DNA of 64,000 nt from the human T2T-CHM13v2.0 reference genome, Homo sapiens, in assembly GCF_009914755.1 (NCBI RefSeq), contig NC_060926.1. One strand, 5' to 3'. The position numbers and the translations under genes were made by a program. Shown piece after piece: positions 40,757-54,075 of the stretch (positions are counted from its first letter, which is position 1; each line of letters opens with the position of its first letter). The notes beneath the pieces are model-generated. The model was not told the origin of the DNA. It saw only the letters and a program-made list of their open reading frames with translations, and ran no database searches.

Positions 40757-41076
40757 TGGTGTGACCTTTTTAAATTCATTGTTTGGATACTGGTTGGACA
40801 CATTTAATGTACAAAAATGTCTCTTTCAAATCTGGGAAATTTCTGTATATTTATTTAATAATTTTCCCTTCTGTTTTCTGTTTTCATTTTTCTGACACTT
40901 CCAGTAGTTGGATATTAGACATTCTGAGTGCTCTCCTAACTTTCTTGCCTTTGCTCTCCTATTTTCTCTTTCCTTGTCTTCTTATCCTACCTTCTGGAGA
41001 TTTCCTCAACTTTACTTTTCTTGTAAAATTATTATTCCTATCGCACTTTTATTTCTAAAAGCATTTTATTATTTTA

Positions 41077-41473
<397 letters not shown>

Positions 41474-41554
41474 TTATTAATTTTTTGTGTATGCAGTGCC
41501 TAGCATAGTGTCTGAACAAATGTCAGTTAAATTGTTGAATATCTTGTATATGGA

Positions 41555-41725
41555 TAGGCAGAAAGAACAGTGGAATATAAAGAGATCTGGGTTGGAGATC
41601 AGGCTTAGCTATTTACTAGCCATAAAGATCTTGATCAAGTCAGATTTTTTTCTCTTCAAGCCCTAGTTGTTTCATCATGGGAGTTGGCTCCTTCCATGGC
41701 TGCTGTGAATATCAAGTGAAGTTCT
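41555..41725 (+). mobile_element. MIR fragment (L2 3' end just upstream, 41460-41540)
   Basis: agagatctgggttggag...tatttactagcc...tcttgatcaagtca. Confidence 0.7.
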
Positions 41726-41954
41726 AAGATCAACACACAAGTCAAAGTCTCATGGGGAAAATTACTCTTGAGAAAATTCTTAAACCATGCATCAAGCACA
41801 TCACACATGATTTTATTTATATAGGCTTGAACACTAAAAATTGAAAACCACTCAGCTACATTTAAAGAAACAAAAGCAAAGTCTACATGTGGATGTAGTA
41901 AGTTTCATGAGCATCTGTTTTATTCTGCTTTTCCAATGCTATCAAATCTCTGGG

Positions 41955-42188
41955 GCAGGCTTTCTCATTTCTATTGACATGTGGTACCAGATAATTCTTT
42001 GTTTTGGGGGACTGTCCTACTCACTGTCGAATGTTTAGCAGCATCCATGGCCTCTATCCACTAGATGCCCACAGAAACCTCCCCCCTTATCCCTCCATCC
42101 TCACCATTGTGACAACCAAAAATGTCTTCAGACATTGCCAAATGTCTGAAGTAGGGGAGCAAAATCATCATAATTCTGAAGCACAGCC
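41955..42188 (-). mobile_element. MER20
   Basis: ccagataattctttgtt...gtttagcagcatcc...ccactagatgcc...gtgacaaccaaaaatgtcttcagacattgccaaatgtc. Confidence 0.92.
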
Positions 42189-42313
42189 CTAGAATAAGTG
42201 ACAACTAGGTTTTCTAAAGCTTTCTTATTTGCCTGTGACATTTACTCCATTCTTCTTTAATATTAAGTCTCTGAAACCATATTACATGCCAATATATATG
42301 TTTGTTGTTCTGA

Positions 42314-42677
<364 letters not shown>

Positions 42678-43252
42678 TATATTTGTTATCTTTGAATCTA
42701 AACCTGGCCTGGTCAGACTCACGGGCCCATCACTTTTTGGAAAGCAGTAGAGAAGAACATGTCCACCTACTTCCAGTCTTTCCAACCTGGTATGTCCTAT
42801 CAGGGTCTCCATGGTGCAGTAGGGCTACCTCTCATGCCCTGGGCCACTGTTCTCATCCTCTGAGGGGGTTAAGTTTTAATCCCACATGTAAATTAAATAC
42901 ACTGATCATGTGACTACAAGCCACATGAAAGTTTTATAAACTTATTACTATTTGTAGCTTCTAAGCTTCTGCTCACAGCTACCTTCTTATCTTCCTAAAA
43001 CTCCTTAGTTCCATAGTGAAGAGTTGCTTCAAGATCCTCAAATTTCCCAGCTCTCTGTTTGCTTTAGTTCTGTAAGTAATCACTTTTGTTGTTATTTCAC
43101 TCTTCTAATGTCATTTTACTTTTCATGACCTAATATTTGGACTGCAAGCTCCCAAATGAGAGTGGGGAGAACCATAGCTGATGTGTCTTTGTATTTCTAA
43201 CAGTGCCTGACATGTGTCTTGCATAGATCCTCAAAAAAACATTTGAGAGATT

Positions 43253-45225
43253 CGTAGTGCTTTTAAAGTATGTCTGCAAAGTATTTGACACCATCAAATG
43301 TGATGCTAGCTTAATGACTCAACTTTAACAAACAGAATGCAGGGGAAGTGATACAATGTGTCTTCCAAAGCTGGGTCATAAAGGTGACAGCTCCTGCCTG
43401 GCTTTCTCTTGGAACATGCGCCTTGGGAGCTCTGAGCTAACATGGAAGAAGTCTGGCTACTCTGAAGCCACCACAGAGAGCAGTCTTATATGAACAGAAA
43501 GATCCCAACAGAATAGAGAACCAGAAATAAATCTGTGCATTTATGTTCAACTGATTTTCAACAAAGGTACCAAGAACACACAATGGGAAAAGGACAGTCT
43601 CTTCAATACATGGTTTTGGGGAAAACTGGGAATCCATATGCAGAGGAATGAAATTAGACCCTTATCTCATATGATATACAAAAATCAACTCAAAATGGAT
43701 AAAAACTAAAACATAAGACCTGAAACTGTGAAACTCCAAGAAGAAAACGTAGGGGGAAATCTCCATGACATTGATCTAGGCAATGATTCTTTTAAATGAC
43801 TCCAAAAGCACAGGCAACAAAAGTGAAAATAGACAAATGGGATTAAATCAAACTAAAAAGCTTTGGCGCAGCAAAGAAAACAATTAACAGAATGAAGAGA
43901 GAACCTACAGAATGGGAGACAATATCTGCAAACCAGACATCTAATAAGAGGTTAATATCCAAAATATGTAAGGAAATCAACTCAATAGCAAGAAAAAAAA
44001 TAAGCTAGTTTAAAAATGGGCAAGGGATCCAAATAGATATTTTTCAGAAGATGCACAAATAATAAAATAGGTATATGAAAAAATGGTTAATATCACTAAT
44101 CATCAGGGAAATGCAAATTAGAAACCACAATAAGATATCATCTCACACCTGTCAGAATGGCTATGCATCAAAAAGATTAAAAATAACATATATTGGAGAG
44201 GATATAGAGAAAAAGGAACCCTTGCACACTGTTGGTGGGAATGTAAATTAGTACAGCCATTATAGAAAACAGCATGGAGTTTACTCAAAAAGCTAAAAAT
44301 AGAAATGCCACATAATCCAATAATCCCACTACTGGGTATAGAGCCAAAGGAAATAAAATTGGTATGTTGAAGAGATATCTGTACTCTTGGAATGCATTGC
44401 ATCATTATTCACAATACCCAAGATATGGAATCAACCTAAGTGTCCATCAATGGGTAAATAAAGAAAGAAAACATGGTACATATACACAGTGGAAAACTAT
44501 TCAGCCTTTAAAAAGAAGGAAATCCTGTCATTTGCGACAACGTGGATGAACCTAGAGGACAATACATTCAGTGAAATAAGCCAGGCACAGAAAGACAAAT
44601 ACTAGGTAATCTCACTTACATGTGGAATTTGAAAATGTTGAACTCATAGGAGCAAAGAGTAGAATAGTGGTTGCCAAGGCCTGGGTGTGGGAAAGGGCAT
44701 GGGGTGATGTTGGTTAATGGAGCTACAGAGTTTTAGGTAGATAAGAGAAATTAGTTCAAGAGGTCTACTGTACAGCATGATGACTATAGTTAATAAGAAT
44801 GTGTTGTAGTTTTGAAAATCACTAAGAGTAGATTTTAAGTGTTCTCACCACAAAAAAAATTAAGTACGTGAGGCAATGCATATGTTAATTAGCTCAATTT
44901 AGTAATTTCATAATGTATTCATATGTCAAAACATCATGTACACAATAAATATATAAAATTTTTATATGTCAATTAAAAGAAAGAAAACAAACAGAAAGAT
45001 GCCCAAGAAATGCCAGTGTCAGCTGTTTTAGTCTTTTCAGCATTAATCTCAAGAAATGTCAGTGAATAAGCCTTTAGATTATTCTAACACCAGTCTTTAA
45101 GCTACCCAACTGCCATCCCACTATCCCCGCTGAGCCCTTCTCAACTTGCACATTCATAAGCAAAATAAATGTTGTTTTAAGCCATTATGGTTTGGGTGGT
45201 TTGCTATGCAGTATTTGATAACTGG
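43253..45225 (+). mobile_element. MLT1F/G-like LTR split by L1MA (halves 43253-43508 and 44990-45225)
   Basis: cagaatgcaggggaagtgat...agtctggctactctgaagccacca ... aataaatgttgttttaagcca...gataactgga. Confidence 0.8.
43509..44989 (+). mobile_element. 5'-truncated L1MA (about L1MA5-7)
   Basis: ORF2 C-terminal remnant and 3'UTR gagtagattttaagtgttctcaccacaaaa; TSD aacagaaagat(g)cccaa (43493-43508 / 44990-45006). Confidence 0.93.
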
Positions 45226-46761
45226 AAGATATTGGACCCACCAGCAAGGAGCTATAAAATACCTGACCAAAAATATTAGCCGTTTCAAATACTAGAAGCT
45301 GAAAGGTGAATGGCTAAGTTCACTCTAATTGCACCATCTTATTTTGCTGGTTCCCTATCTGAGCTTTAGAAAGAGGTAGTGTTACCTTGACAACAAAGAC
45401 CATCCAAAAATCTCTGGGTTGACATAATATTAACCCTCACATTCCAACTTCCTGGGGATTTATATTTCACTTTTCCAAGCCATACTTTCTGTGCATGTGC
45501 TAGATTTTTCCAGCTAATGGTTTCAACGGCATTAATGATGAAATGTGGCTTTTTGCTAGACAGATGTGGAATATTTGTGTCTTACTCCTTACCAAGTGAA
45601 CTGCAGAGATGATCTCATTAAAGTCTTCTGAAAGAAATTCTGCACAGCAATCAGACTCATTTTTGCTTAAAATTATAGGTGCCCAAATGTAGAGATGGTT
45701 GCCAGCTTTTGGTCTTGCTAGGATGAAAATGGCATTGTGTGCAGGGGGTGCTGTCGTGTACTTGTGTCTTTGGTCCACACTGGTGCTCTCAACAGATCCC
45801 TTAGCCCTCTTCTGGCTGAATTTTTTTTTCTAGTTTGTTGTTTAAAATTCAAACTTGTCTGGCCTTCACAAGCAATTTACCAGGAGCTGAACTTAAAAAT
45901 GTAAACTGATGTCAGATGTTAGATTTATCTAAAATATCCAGGAAAATCAGAACATTGCATTTTAATGACTTGGCAGGTGGTCCATGATCATGATGAATTT
46001 CTTACTCTAGTTGACACATTTTCAAATGTTAATGTCCTCTCAAGGAATAAACTGTGTTCTAATGATTGAAATAATGGCTTCAAAGGTGAGCATTCAGCTT
46101 ATTATGGTTTCAAATCTTGGCAGTGTGCATGGAGAGGTGTTAGGTTATGCACTCGACAGAGAAATAATTATGACCACGTAATGAAAAGGAGAAGAGGCTT
46201 TCAGAGAAGGATTATGAAGAGGGCCTAAGTCATGAGGAACAGACTCCTTCTCAGGATGGAACTACCCTGAATCAAGTGCAACACAATGCAGAAGACACTA
46301 GATCAAGTTTCCTCAAAATTGCACAATTCACACTCACCAGGGTCCCAGTTTGTGGACACACTTTTTTTCTCTGACCCAAAAGGAGGACTCAGAGATATTT
46401 TTTTTTCCTGTCAAAACTCAGCTCTCTTTAAGCCTAATGCTGAGTCCAAAAAGGCTGAAACTTGACAGTAACAAGGTGAGTTCTCAGCTTTTTCAACTCT
46501 CCAGGAGGAAAGGAGAACAGACAACCTCCTGGTGACCAAACACACTTCTATCTGCAGTCTGACTGATAGAATTTATTTGAAAAAAATATAGAGTAACTGT
46601 CAGCACCAGGAGAAAGGAATTGGAAATATTCTCCGGAAAGGAATTATTGGTCCCCTATGGCATTGCTTCTTTACTTTAAGCCATAGTTGATAAAAGTTTC
46701 CCCCTTTGCCTTGCAATTCCTAATTAAGCCCATCCTGAGCTACCTTCTTAGGGAAAACATG

Positions 46762-47131
46762 TATCTCAGTCCATTTAGGTGCTATAACAAAATATATTAG
46801 ACTAGGTATCTTATATTAATAGACAAGATAAATTTATTTCTCACAGTTCTGGAGGCTGGGAAGTCCAAGATCAAAGCTCTGGCAGATTTGGTGTCTGGTG
46901 AGGACCCACTTCCTGGTTCATAGACTGTGCTTTCTCCCTGGGTCCTTACAAGGTAGAAGGGGTGAGGAGTCTCTCTTGAGACTCTTTAATAAGGGCACTA
47001 ACCCAATTTCTGAGGGCTCCACCCCATAACCTAATCACCTCCCAAGGACCCAACCTCCTAATACCATCACCTTGGGGATTAGGATTTCAACATATGAATT
47101 TTGGGGAGACACAAACATTCAGACTATAGCA
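46762..47131 (-). mobile_element. MLT1A/A0 solo LTR
   Basis: tctcacagttctggaggctgggaagtccaagatcaa...ttcaacatatgaattttgggg; TSD acatg both sides. Confidence 0.92.
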
Positions 47132-47362
47132 ACATGCAAAATGCTTCACCATAGAAATGCCATCAGTACACTGCTAGCCACACTTAGGATAATGATTTGG
47201 CCAAGGCAGAAAATCTCCTTTCTTTTCCTGAGATTAATATACTGTGAATGATATAGATGCAAACATTCAGCGGAGTGGCACTAAGAAGGAAGGGAAAACT
47301 GATTACCCTACTCTCAAATCTTGTTTTGCACCTGAGCAAAGGCAGGCCTCCAACAAGTCCTA

Positions 47363-48244
47363 TGTATTAGTTTTCTGTGCTATGTAAAAAATGATCACAA
47401 ACTTCGTGTCTTAAAAAGCACTCATTTATATCTCGCAATTTCCATGGGTCAGGAATCTGGGTATCACTTAGCTGAGTTCTTTGCCCAGGGTCTCACCAGG
47501 CCTCATTTCCATCTAGATGTTAGGGTCCTCTTGCAAGATCACTGGTAATTGGCAGAATTCAGATCCTCAAACTGAGGATCTGATCTGAGGCCCCATTTCC
47601 TAAAGACCACCTGCTATTCCCACCAAATGGTCCTGTCACAACCATGTGCTTCTTCAAGGCTGCATTAGTCAGGTCAGTTTGCTACAACAAAATACCATAG
47701 ACTCTGTGGCTTAAATAACAGAATTTTTTTTTAAGTTCTGGAGGCTGAAAGTCCAATATCAGGGGACCAGCATGGTTGGTTTCTGATGAGGGCTCTCCCC
47801 TTGGGTTGTAGGTGGCAACCATCTTGCTGTGTTCACATGACCTCTTCTTTATGCAAACTTGGGAGTGGGTGGGGGTGTAAAGAAAGAAAGCACAAGAGGG
47901 CACAAGTGCTAGCTGTCAGGTGTCTCTTCTTATAAGGGCATTAATTTCATCATGAGGGAGAACCTCATCTAACCCTAATTACTCTCCAAAGGCTCTATCT
48001 CCAAGTACCATCACATTTGGAATTGGGGCTTCAACATATAAATTTTGGAGGGAGTTTTTGGGGACAAGCATATTCAGCCCATAACAAAGCCAAAAGGAAA
48101 ATTTCTCTAATTTCTTTCATTTCTGACCTCTGGATTTCCTTATAAAGGGGTCACCTGATTAGATCAGGCCCTCAGAGGCTCCAGGACAGGGGATTAGACC
48201 AGGCACATACACGAAGGGGCTCTCTAAGAACTCTGCCTACCATA
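47363..48244 (-). mobile_element. MLT1E-like LTR hosting a nested MLT1A
   Basis: tgtattagttttctgtgct...gggtcaggaatctggg...ttggcagaattcag ... cacctgattagatcaggccc...ctgcctaccata; TSD tccta/cccta. Confidence 0.82.
47661..48086 (-). mobile_element. MLT1A-like LTR nested in MLT1E
   Basis: TG...CA ends; aaataccatagactctgtggcttaaataacag; TSD aaggc/aagcc. Confidence 0.88.
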
Positions 48245-49429
48245 CCCTATCATTGACCCTATGGTGTCCTATTCTCTCATATCCCTTTACCCCTCAGCAC
48301 TCTCATCTGTCACTCTCGCTACCACACATGCACGCATGTGACATGCACACACACACACTCGCCACTCTTCACGGACACCTACAAATGAGCTGCAGTCATT
48401 TGGCCATGTCCCATGGCCTCCCATGTCCTCTTCCTGTCCCCATTTCCATCTTGACCTAAAAGGGCTAGCCTGTTGGAGTACAGAAAGAAGCAATGAGAAA
48501 ATAGTTTTTTCTTTCTGCCAATTATTAATAAATCTCCATTTGAACCTGATATCTTTTCTCTAAAGACATTCACCAATCATTAATAGTTACAGTGACTAGT
48601 ATCTATGAGCTTCTAAAGGGCTTACTAAAAATGTATGACATCTAAAAAAGGAAAAAGCTATTGTCTTTAAAATGTAAAATTTGATATTATTAAATATTTA
48701 GTTGTATGCTTATAAAATATCAGGATGAATAAGTTATATGACTATATTTTAGTTAATGAGGGATATGAAAATATTTTAATATGTTTGATATGATGGGGTA
48801 TAGAGCTCCAAAAATAAGAGTTTCTAGGAGTAGGACCCACGAAGTTTTCAAACAACTGAGACATATTTACCCCCAGCACTAGAATTGATAGGGTGAGGTT
48901 TGAGTGGAGAAATCTCAGAGCAGCACTTACTTTACTATACTTTCTACTTTTAAGGCATCCTGGCATTTAAGCTTTTACCTGATCTTACTGATTTCCTTTC
49001 GAATTAGAAAAAGCAAATACATATATATATATTTTATTTCACATATTGGGAAAGAATGATAAATTAAGTTACTTATCGAAGGCCACAGTAGAATCATAAG
49101 GAAGAACATGGTCTGCTCTCAAACTACAGAATCACAGATTCTGGGCATCGAACAGTTGATGGCATCATCTGATAGGTGCAGAGAAAATGTGAGGAGCCCA
49201 GGATCCCACTAGACAGCAAGTGAATATTAGAGACAGGAATCAAGGCTGGTTGCCTCCTCCCCCAGAGTTCTTTCCAATACAACACACTTTCTCTTTCTTA
49301 ACACTAGACTCACATTTTTTCAGTTCAACCTCTGCATCTTTCAAACCAGACCTTACTGTATGATTTTTCCAATTAATTCCTTTCATCACAAATCTCACCT
49401 AGAATTTGATAATAAACTGTGAGCAGAAC

Positions 49430-49850
49430 CCTAGAATCTTGGTGATAGACTCTCAGAGATCATCTAATCCATCCTCTCCTCCAGGCTGGATATTGCTTCA
49501 ACAATATCCCTTACATGTGGTCAACTAGCCTCTACTTTATTACCTCCAGTAACAAGGAGCTCACTACCAAAGACATGGGCAACTACATTCTGAGCAACCT
49601 TAGCTGTTGAGATGTTCTCCCATCCTCTAACTTCACATGTGGTTTTCTGGAGGTACATGAAATAAGTGTAAGTCCTTTCAGAGGCCACTGTGTCTCATAT
49701 TTGAAGACGATTACCTTTCTCCAATCACTTCCCCTCCCAGACTTTCTCAGTGTCAGTGTTATCAGTACTAAGACTTCTTCCTCAGCCAGAAGTGTCCCAT
49801 GAATTACAAGATATTTAGCATCACTGGTCCTCCAAGAACCAAACTCCACT
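49430..49850 (-). mobile_element. L3/CR1 relic (MIR3-like piece at 49130-49290)
   Basis: cagagatcatctaatcc...agcctctacttt...acctccagtaacaaggagctcactacc is a typical antisense L3 3' region. Confidence 0.7.
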
Positions 49851-50634
49851 AGCCCTAGACTCTTACCTTATGACAACCTATTTGTGGTGACAACACAAGA
49901 TTCCCCTGGCACTTTCAAAAACCTTTGGAGAGAGGAAGAATACTGTCCTTGATCGAGAAGCACTGTGAGTCGAGGCCACGACTCCCCCCACCCCCACACA
50001 TTTACTGTATTAAACATGGTATAGCTATAGAAGGCTCTCTCAGTTCATGGAATTCTCAAAGCCATCCATGATGGGAGCTTTGTGCCACTGTTCTCAGAAC
50101 ACAGGATTACAGAGGGAATGAGAGAATTAATGACAGGAATTTAACACTGAACAGAAGGAAGCCTTCTGCCATATATAGGAATCTGCCCTTTTGCACCACA
50201 CGCATGTGCTCCCCACTTGAAAGCCACCCTCCTCTCTTCCTGTTGCAATCGGGAAGCATGTGTTGCCAATTAAGTAGTTTTTCTGAATTAGAAATTCAAA
50301 TTACATTGTTTCCCACCCAAATAGCCATCTCTCAATTATTTTTCCAACTGAAGTGCCATGTAGTTCTTCAAATGTCTTTCACCTTTGGCCATTGTTTTCT
50401 TTGGATCTTTTGATTTTGATTAAAATTGCCTAAGTCAGAATAATTGTAAAAACAGAAAAAAGATTGAAACCCAAATTGCCCTTGAGATTGCTTTGAAATC
50501 AGAGCACAACCCTGGCAAGTGATTACAATTTCATTGAATGTGAGACCACCACACAGGACCTCCAGGCTTGACCACTCATTCCCAGAATATTTTTGATTGC
50601 ACACGTGATAATGATTGTATTTTGAGAAGCAGCG

Positions 50635-51380
50635 GGCAATACACAGTATAGAGGTAAAAACATGGGCTTCTTGCTTTGAATCCTGGGTCTGCCATCTACC
50701 AGCTATGTGACCATGGGCAAGTTTGTTAACCGCTCTGTGCCTCAGTTTCCCCTTCTGTAAAATGGAGGTAATTTACACCTCCTAAGGTTGTTATCAGGAT
50801 TGAATGAGCTAAGGCACTGTCACAGGTACTGTCAGCACCCCACCAGACCCCCTTGGAGCATTTTTATGGTTTCTATATACCCATTCCCTGGCTACTATGT
50901 ATGGAGTAGAAGGGGTGGGGGGTGTTTTTCATCTTCTTCTAACATCCTGTAACTCTCATCACAGAACTGTTTGATAGCTACTAAAGCTGCTTTGTGTTGA
51001 GGCACAAAAAGCCAGAAATACCTAAAAGTTTATGTCCCCCAACACCACCATCAGCCCATTGGACGGCCCTTAGCCAGCAACTGACTGGGGCAGAAATATG
51101 AAAGGCCCAGTTCCTTTGCCATGCGTGAGGACCAACCCTGTGATGTACTTAACACTCCAGAGCACCCCATTCGACTGAGCTAAGACTGGGACTCACCTGC
51201 AATAACACCCTTGTTTGACTTCTTCCACTCTGTCCTTCCTCTTCCCATTCTCTGGGCAAAATCCTATATAAATCCCCTGCATACAAATCCTCTTCTCAGT
51301 GTCTGGAAATCCAACCTGAGACAGGCACTTTACTCTAATTCACACCTGGTAAGCACTTAATAAATGTTAGCATTCATTAT
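50635..51380 (+). mobile_element. MIR split by an LTR16-like LTR
   Basis: gtgaccatgggcaagtttgttaaccgctctgtgcctcagtttccccttctgtaaaatgg; tail gtaagcacttaataaatgttagc after the LTR. Confidence 0.88.
50818..51323 (+). mobile_element. LTR16-family solo LTR
   Basis: TG...CA ends; ends acaaatcctcttctcagtgtctggaaatccaacctgagaca; perfect TSD ggcac (50813-50817 / 51324-51328). Confidence 0.82.
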
Positions 51381-51404
51381 GTATGTTTTTAGTAGCCACT
51401 ATGA

Positions 51405-51709
<305 letters not shown>

Positions 51710-52622
51710 CCAGTAACACTTTAAAATGAACCTGAATTTTATCAGTCACAGTCACTTCTAAATACATTTGAAAAATAATTACATATGTGCAAGACATTGT
51801 GTGCTCAGCCTGCAGCAAGCTGGACAGACAGCTTGGACCAAACTACAATAACCCCACTATTCTCCATGACCCACATTTTGGAAGCATGGCTTTCAAACAA
51901 GTCCTTCATCTCACTGGAAATCAAACCACGGACAGCCTGTATCTAAGCCTATGTGAGCGTATGGTGAGTGAGTGATGAGCAGGATGTAGCACAAAGGTCT
52001 CCTGCCTAGTTCACTGCCATTTTCCTTGCACCCTTTATCCTCTTGCTGGATGGTTTTCAGAGATAACTAAACCACCAAGCCTCAGAAGCCCTTCTCAGAC
52101 AGCTGCAGTAACACTTATCACTAGTTATCACAGGCCTTGTGTGCACAGCACCCATGCTGGATATTTTTATGAACATCAAAGTATACAGAAACTCCCTGCC
52201 TTCTAAAGTTTGTCACTGAGTATGGACAAAAGGCCAAATGCAGAAGAAACACATGAAAATACTCGGAAAGCATTAGGAAGTTGAGACTATTCAGGCGTGT
52301 GGAATAAATTTAGAGATGGAAGGAACCTTAGAAGATGTCTGTTTTCTGGTGATTTTCAGCACATCTTTTTAAGCAGTAGAATGTTTGGTTCAAATGAAGT
52401 CTTACACCAAAATTCAGATTATAGAAAAGGTAGAAGCAGGGGCACTCCAACTGAAAAGGGTAAAAGATTAGAGCCCTGGGACACCATCTCCCCTCCCATC
52501 TCCCCTACCAACTGATCTAGGCTAAGCCCCCACTCATTTACAGCTGGATCAGGGGCAGAATTTACAGTCCCACGACCAGCTCACCCATGGCCTCTCTGAG
52601 GCCCTTATTTCCTCTCACCTGG

Positions 52623-52968
52623 TGATATGGTTTGGCTGTATCCCCACCCAAATCTCATCTTGAATTGTAGTTCCCATAATCCCCATGTGTCATGGAAGGG
52701 ACCCAGTCGGAGGTAATTGAATCATGGGGGAGGGTTTTTCCCATGCTGTTCTCATGATAGTGAATAAATCTCATGAAAAATTATGGTTTTAGAAAGCGCA
52801 GTTTCCCTGCACATGCTCTCTTGCCTACTGCCATGTAAGATGTGCCTTTGCTCCTCCTTTGCCTTCCACCATGATTGTGGAATTGTGAGTCCATTAAACC
52901 TCTTTTTTTAAATAAATTGTCCAGTCTCAGGCATGTCTTTATTAGCAGCACAAGGACAGACTAATACA
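52623..52968 (+). mobile_element. THE1 (B/C-like) solo LTR
   Basis: tgatatggtttggctgt...cagactaataca; perfect TSD cctgg; short internal deletion at gattgtg|gaattgtgag. Confidence 0.95.
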
Positions 52969-53436
52969 CCTGGTCTTGAATAGCAGCCCGACTCTTTTCC
53001 TGCTTCCTGTGCCTTAGGAAGATTCCTCTGAGAGTTCAGAGTGTGTGGGATGGGAGGTATTAATCAGGATGGGGGTGAAGTGGGAGTGGTAAAAAAAGCT
53101 TCAAAGAGTTAACTTCACTGAGGGCAAGTTTTTTTCCTCCATATTTTTCCTCCAGAAAGGGAGTTTTCTTATCTAAGAATGGGCAATATAAAGTAAATCC
53201 TCATAAGAATGATACCCAGGGCCTGCCCCATCTCAGAAAGTGACAGTGAGAGTGCTGTGGGTTCCCACGGCCAGCTGTCACAATCTAAAGGAGGGATGTG
53301 CCCCAGGAATGGTTCCAGACCGATAAACACAGAGTCTGGAAGGAAAGCCATTTGCAGCATGTGGCATGCCCACCCCATCCAGGGCAGGTTTTGGTGCCTT
53401 TTCTGCCTAGTTCTGTTCTTCAAAATCCACTTGGCA

Positions 53437-53547
53437 ATGTGAAAAATGCAGATTTGCACATCTGCTGGCATTCTCTACAAGAAGTGGGCTATGTGAAAAA
53501 TGCAGTTTTACAGATCTGCTGCCATTCGTTCTTTACAAGAAGTAGCT
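53437..53547. repeat. Diverged two-copy tandem duplication, period 54
   Basis: atgtgaaaaatgcag...tctgctg...cattc...tacaagaagt at 53437 and 53491. Confidence 0.9.
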
Positions 53548-53807
53548 TCCAGGAATAAGGCAGGAGGATTAGTGCTATGGGCATTCTCTCCTGTGGCCCA
53601 GTCACTGGCCTTGTTGTCAGGGATACTGCCCAGAAAGAAATGAGCAGACAACTCAGGAGTGGCCTCAAGGATCACTCTGAGTGGCCAGGAGTCAGTCTCT
53701 GAGGGTCCCGGTTTCCGGATGTTCTCCAGCCCCCTTTGCCACACCACTTCCCAGCCCATCAAGCCTGCTTTCAGGAGATCCCAACAGTCATGCTGATACC
53801 TTAAGGA

Positions 53808-54012
53808 TCATGGTTTCCCAGAGAGTATTCACATATATTGACAAAGGGATGTTTTGCTCAAATAGGTTTGGGAAATCCAAAGTTAAAGAAGTTTATTTTC
53901 TAGGGGACTTCTCAGAGCCTTTCAAACCTAATGATTGCTAGGAAGTTCCAACAATATAATACCTATACGTATACTGCATTCCCCAATATGACTTAGTCAT
54001 GGGGCTCCTTAC
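53808..54012. mobile_element. MER112-like hAT relic
   Basis: tcaaataggtttgggaaa...gacttctcagagccttt...gcattccccaa. Confidence 0.55.
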
Positions 54013-54075
54013 CCAGCAGCCTCTTCTTAAACTAATGGCATTTGATTTAGTTTGTTCCCTTCCTTTTCTCTACCT

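Noticed and set aside
48590-48880. Possible hAT-Tip100 relic
   Set aside because: Similarity too weak to support by eye
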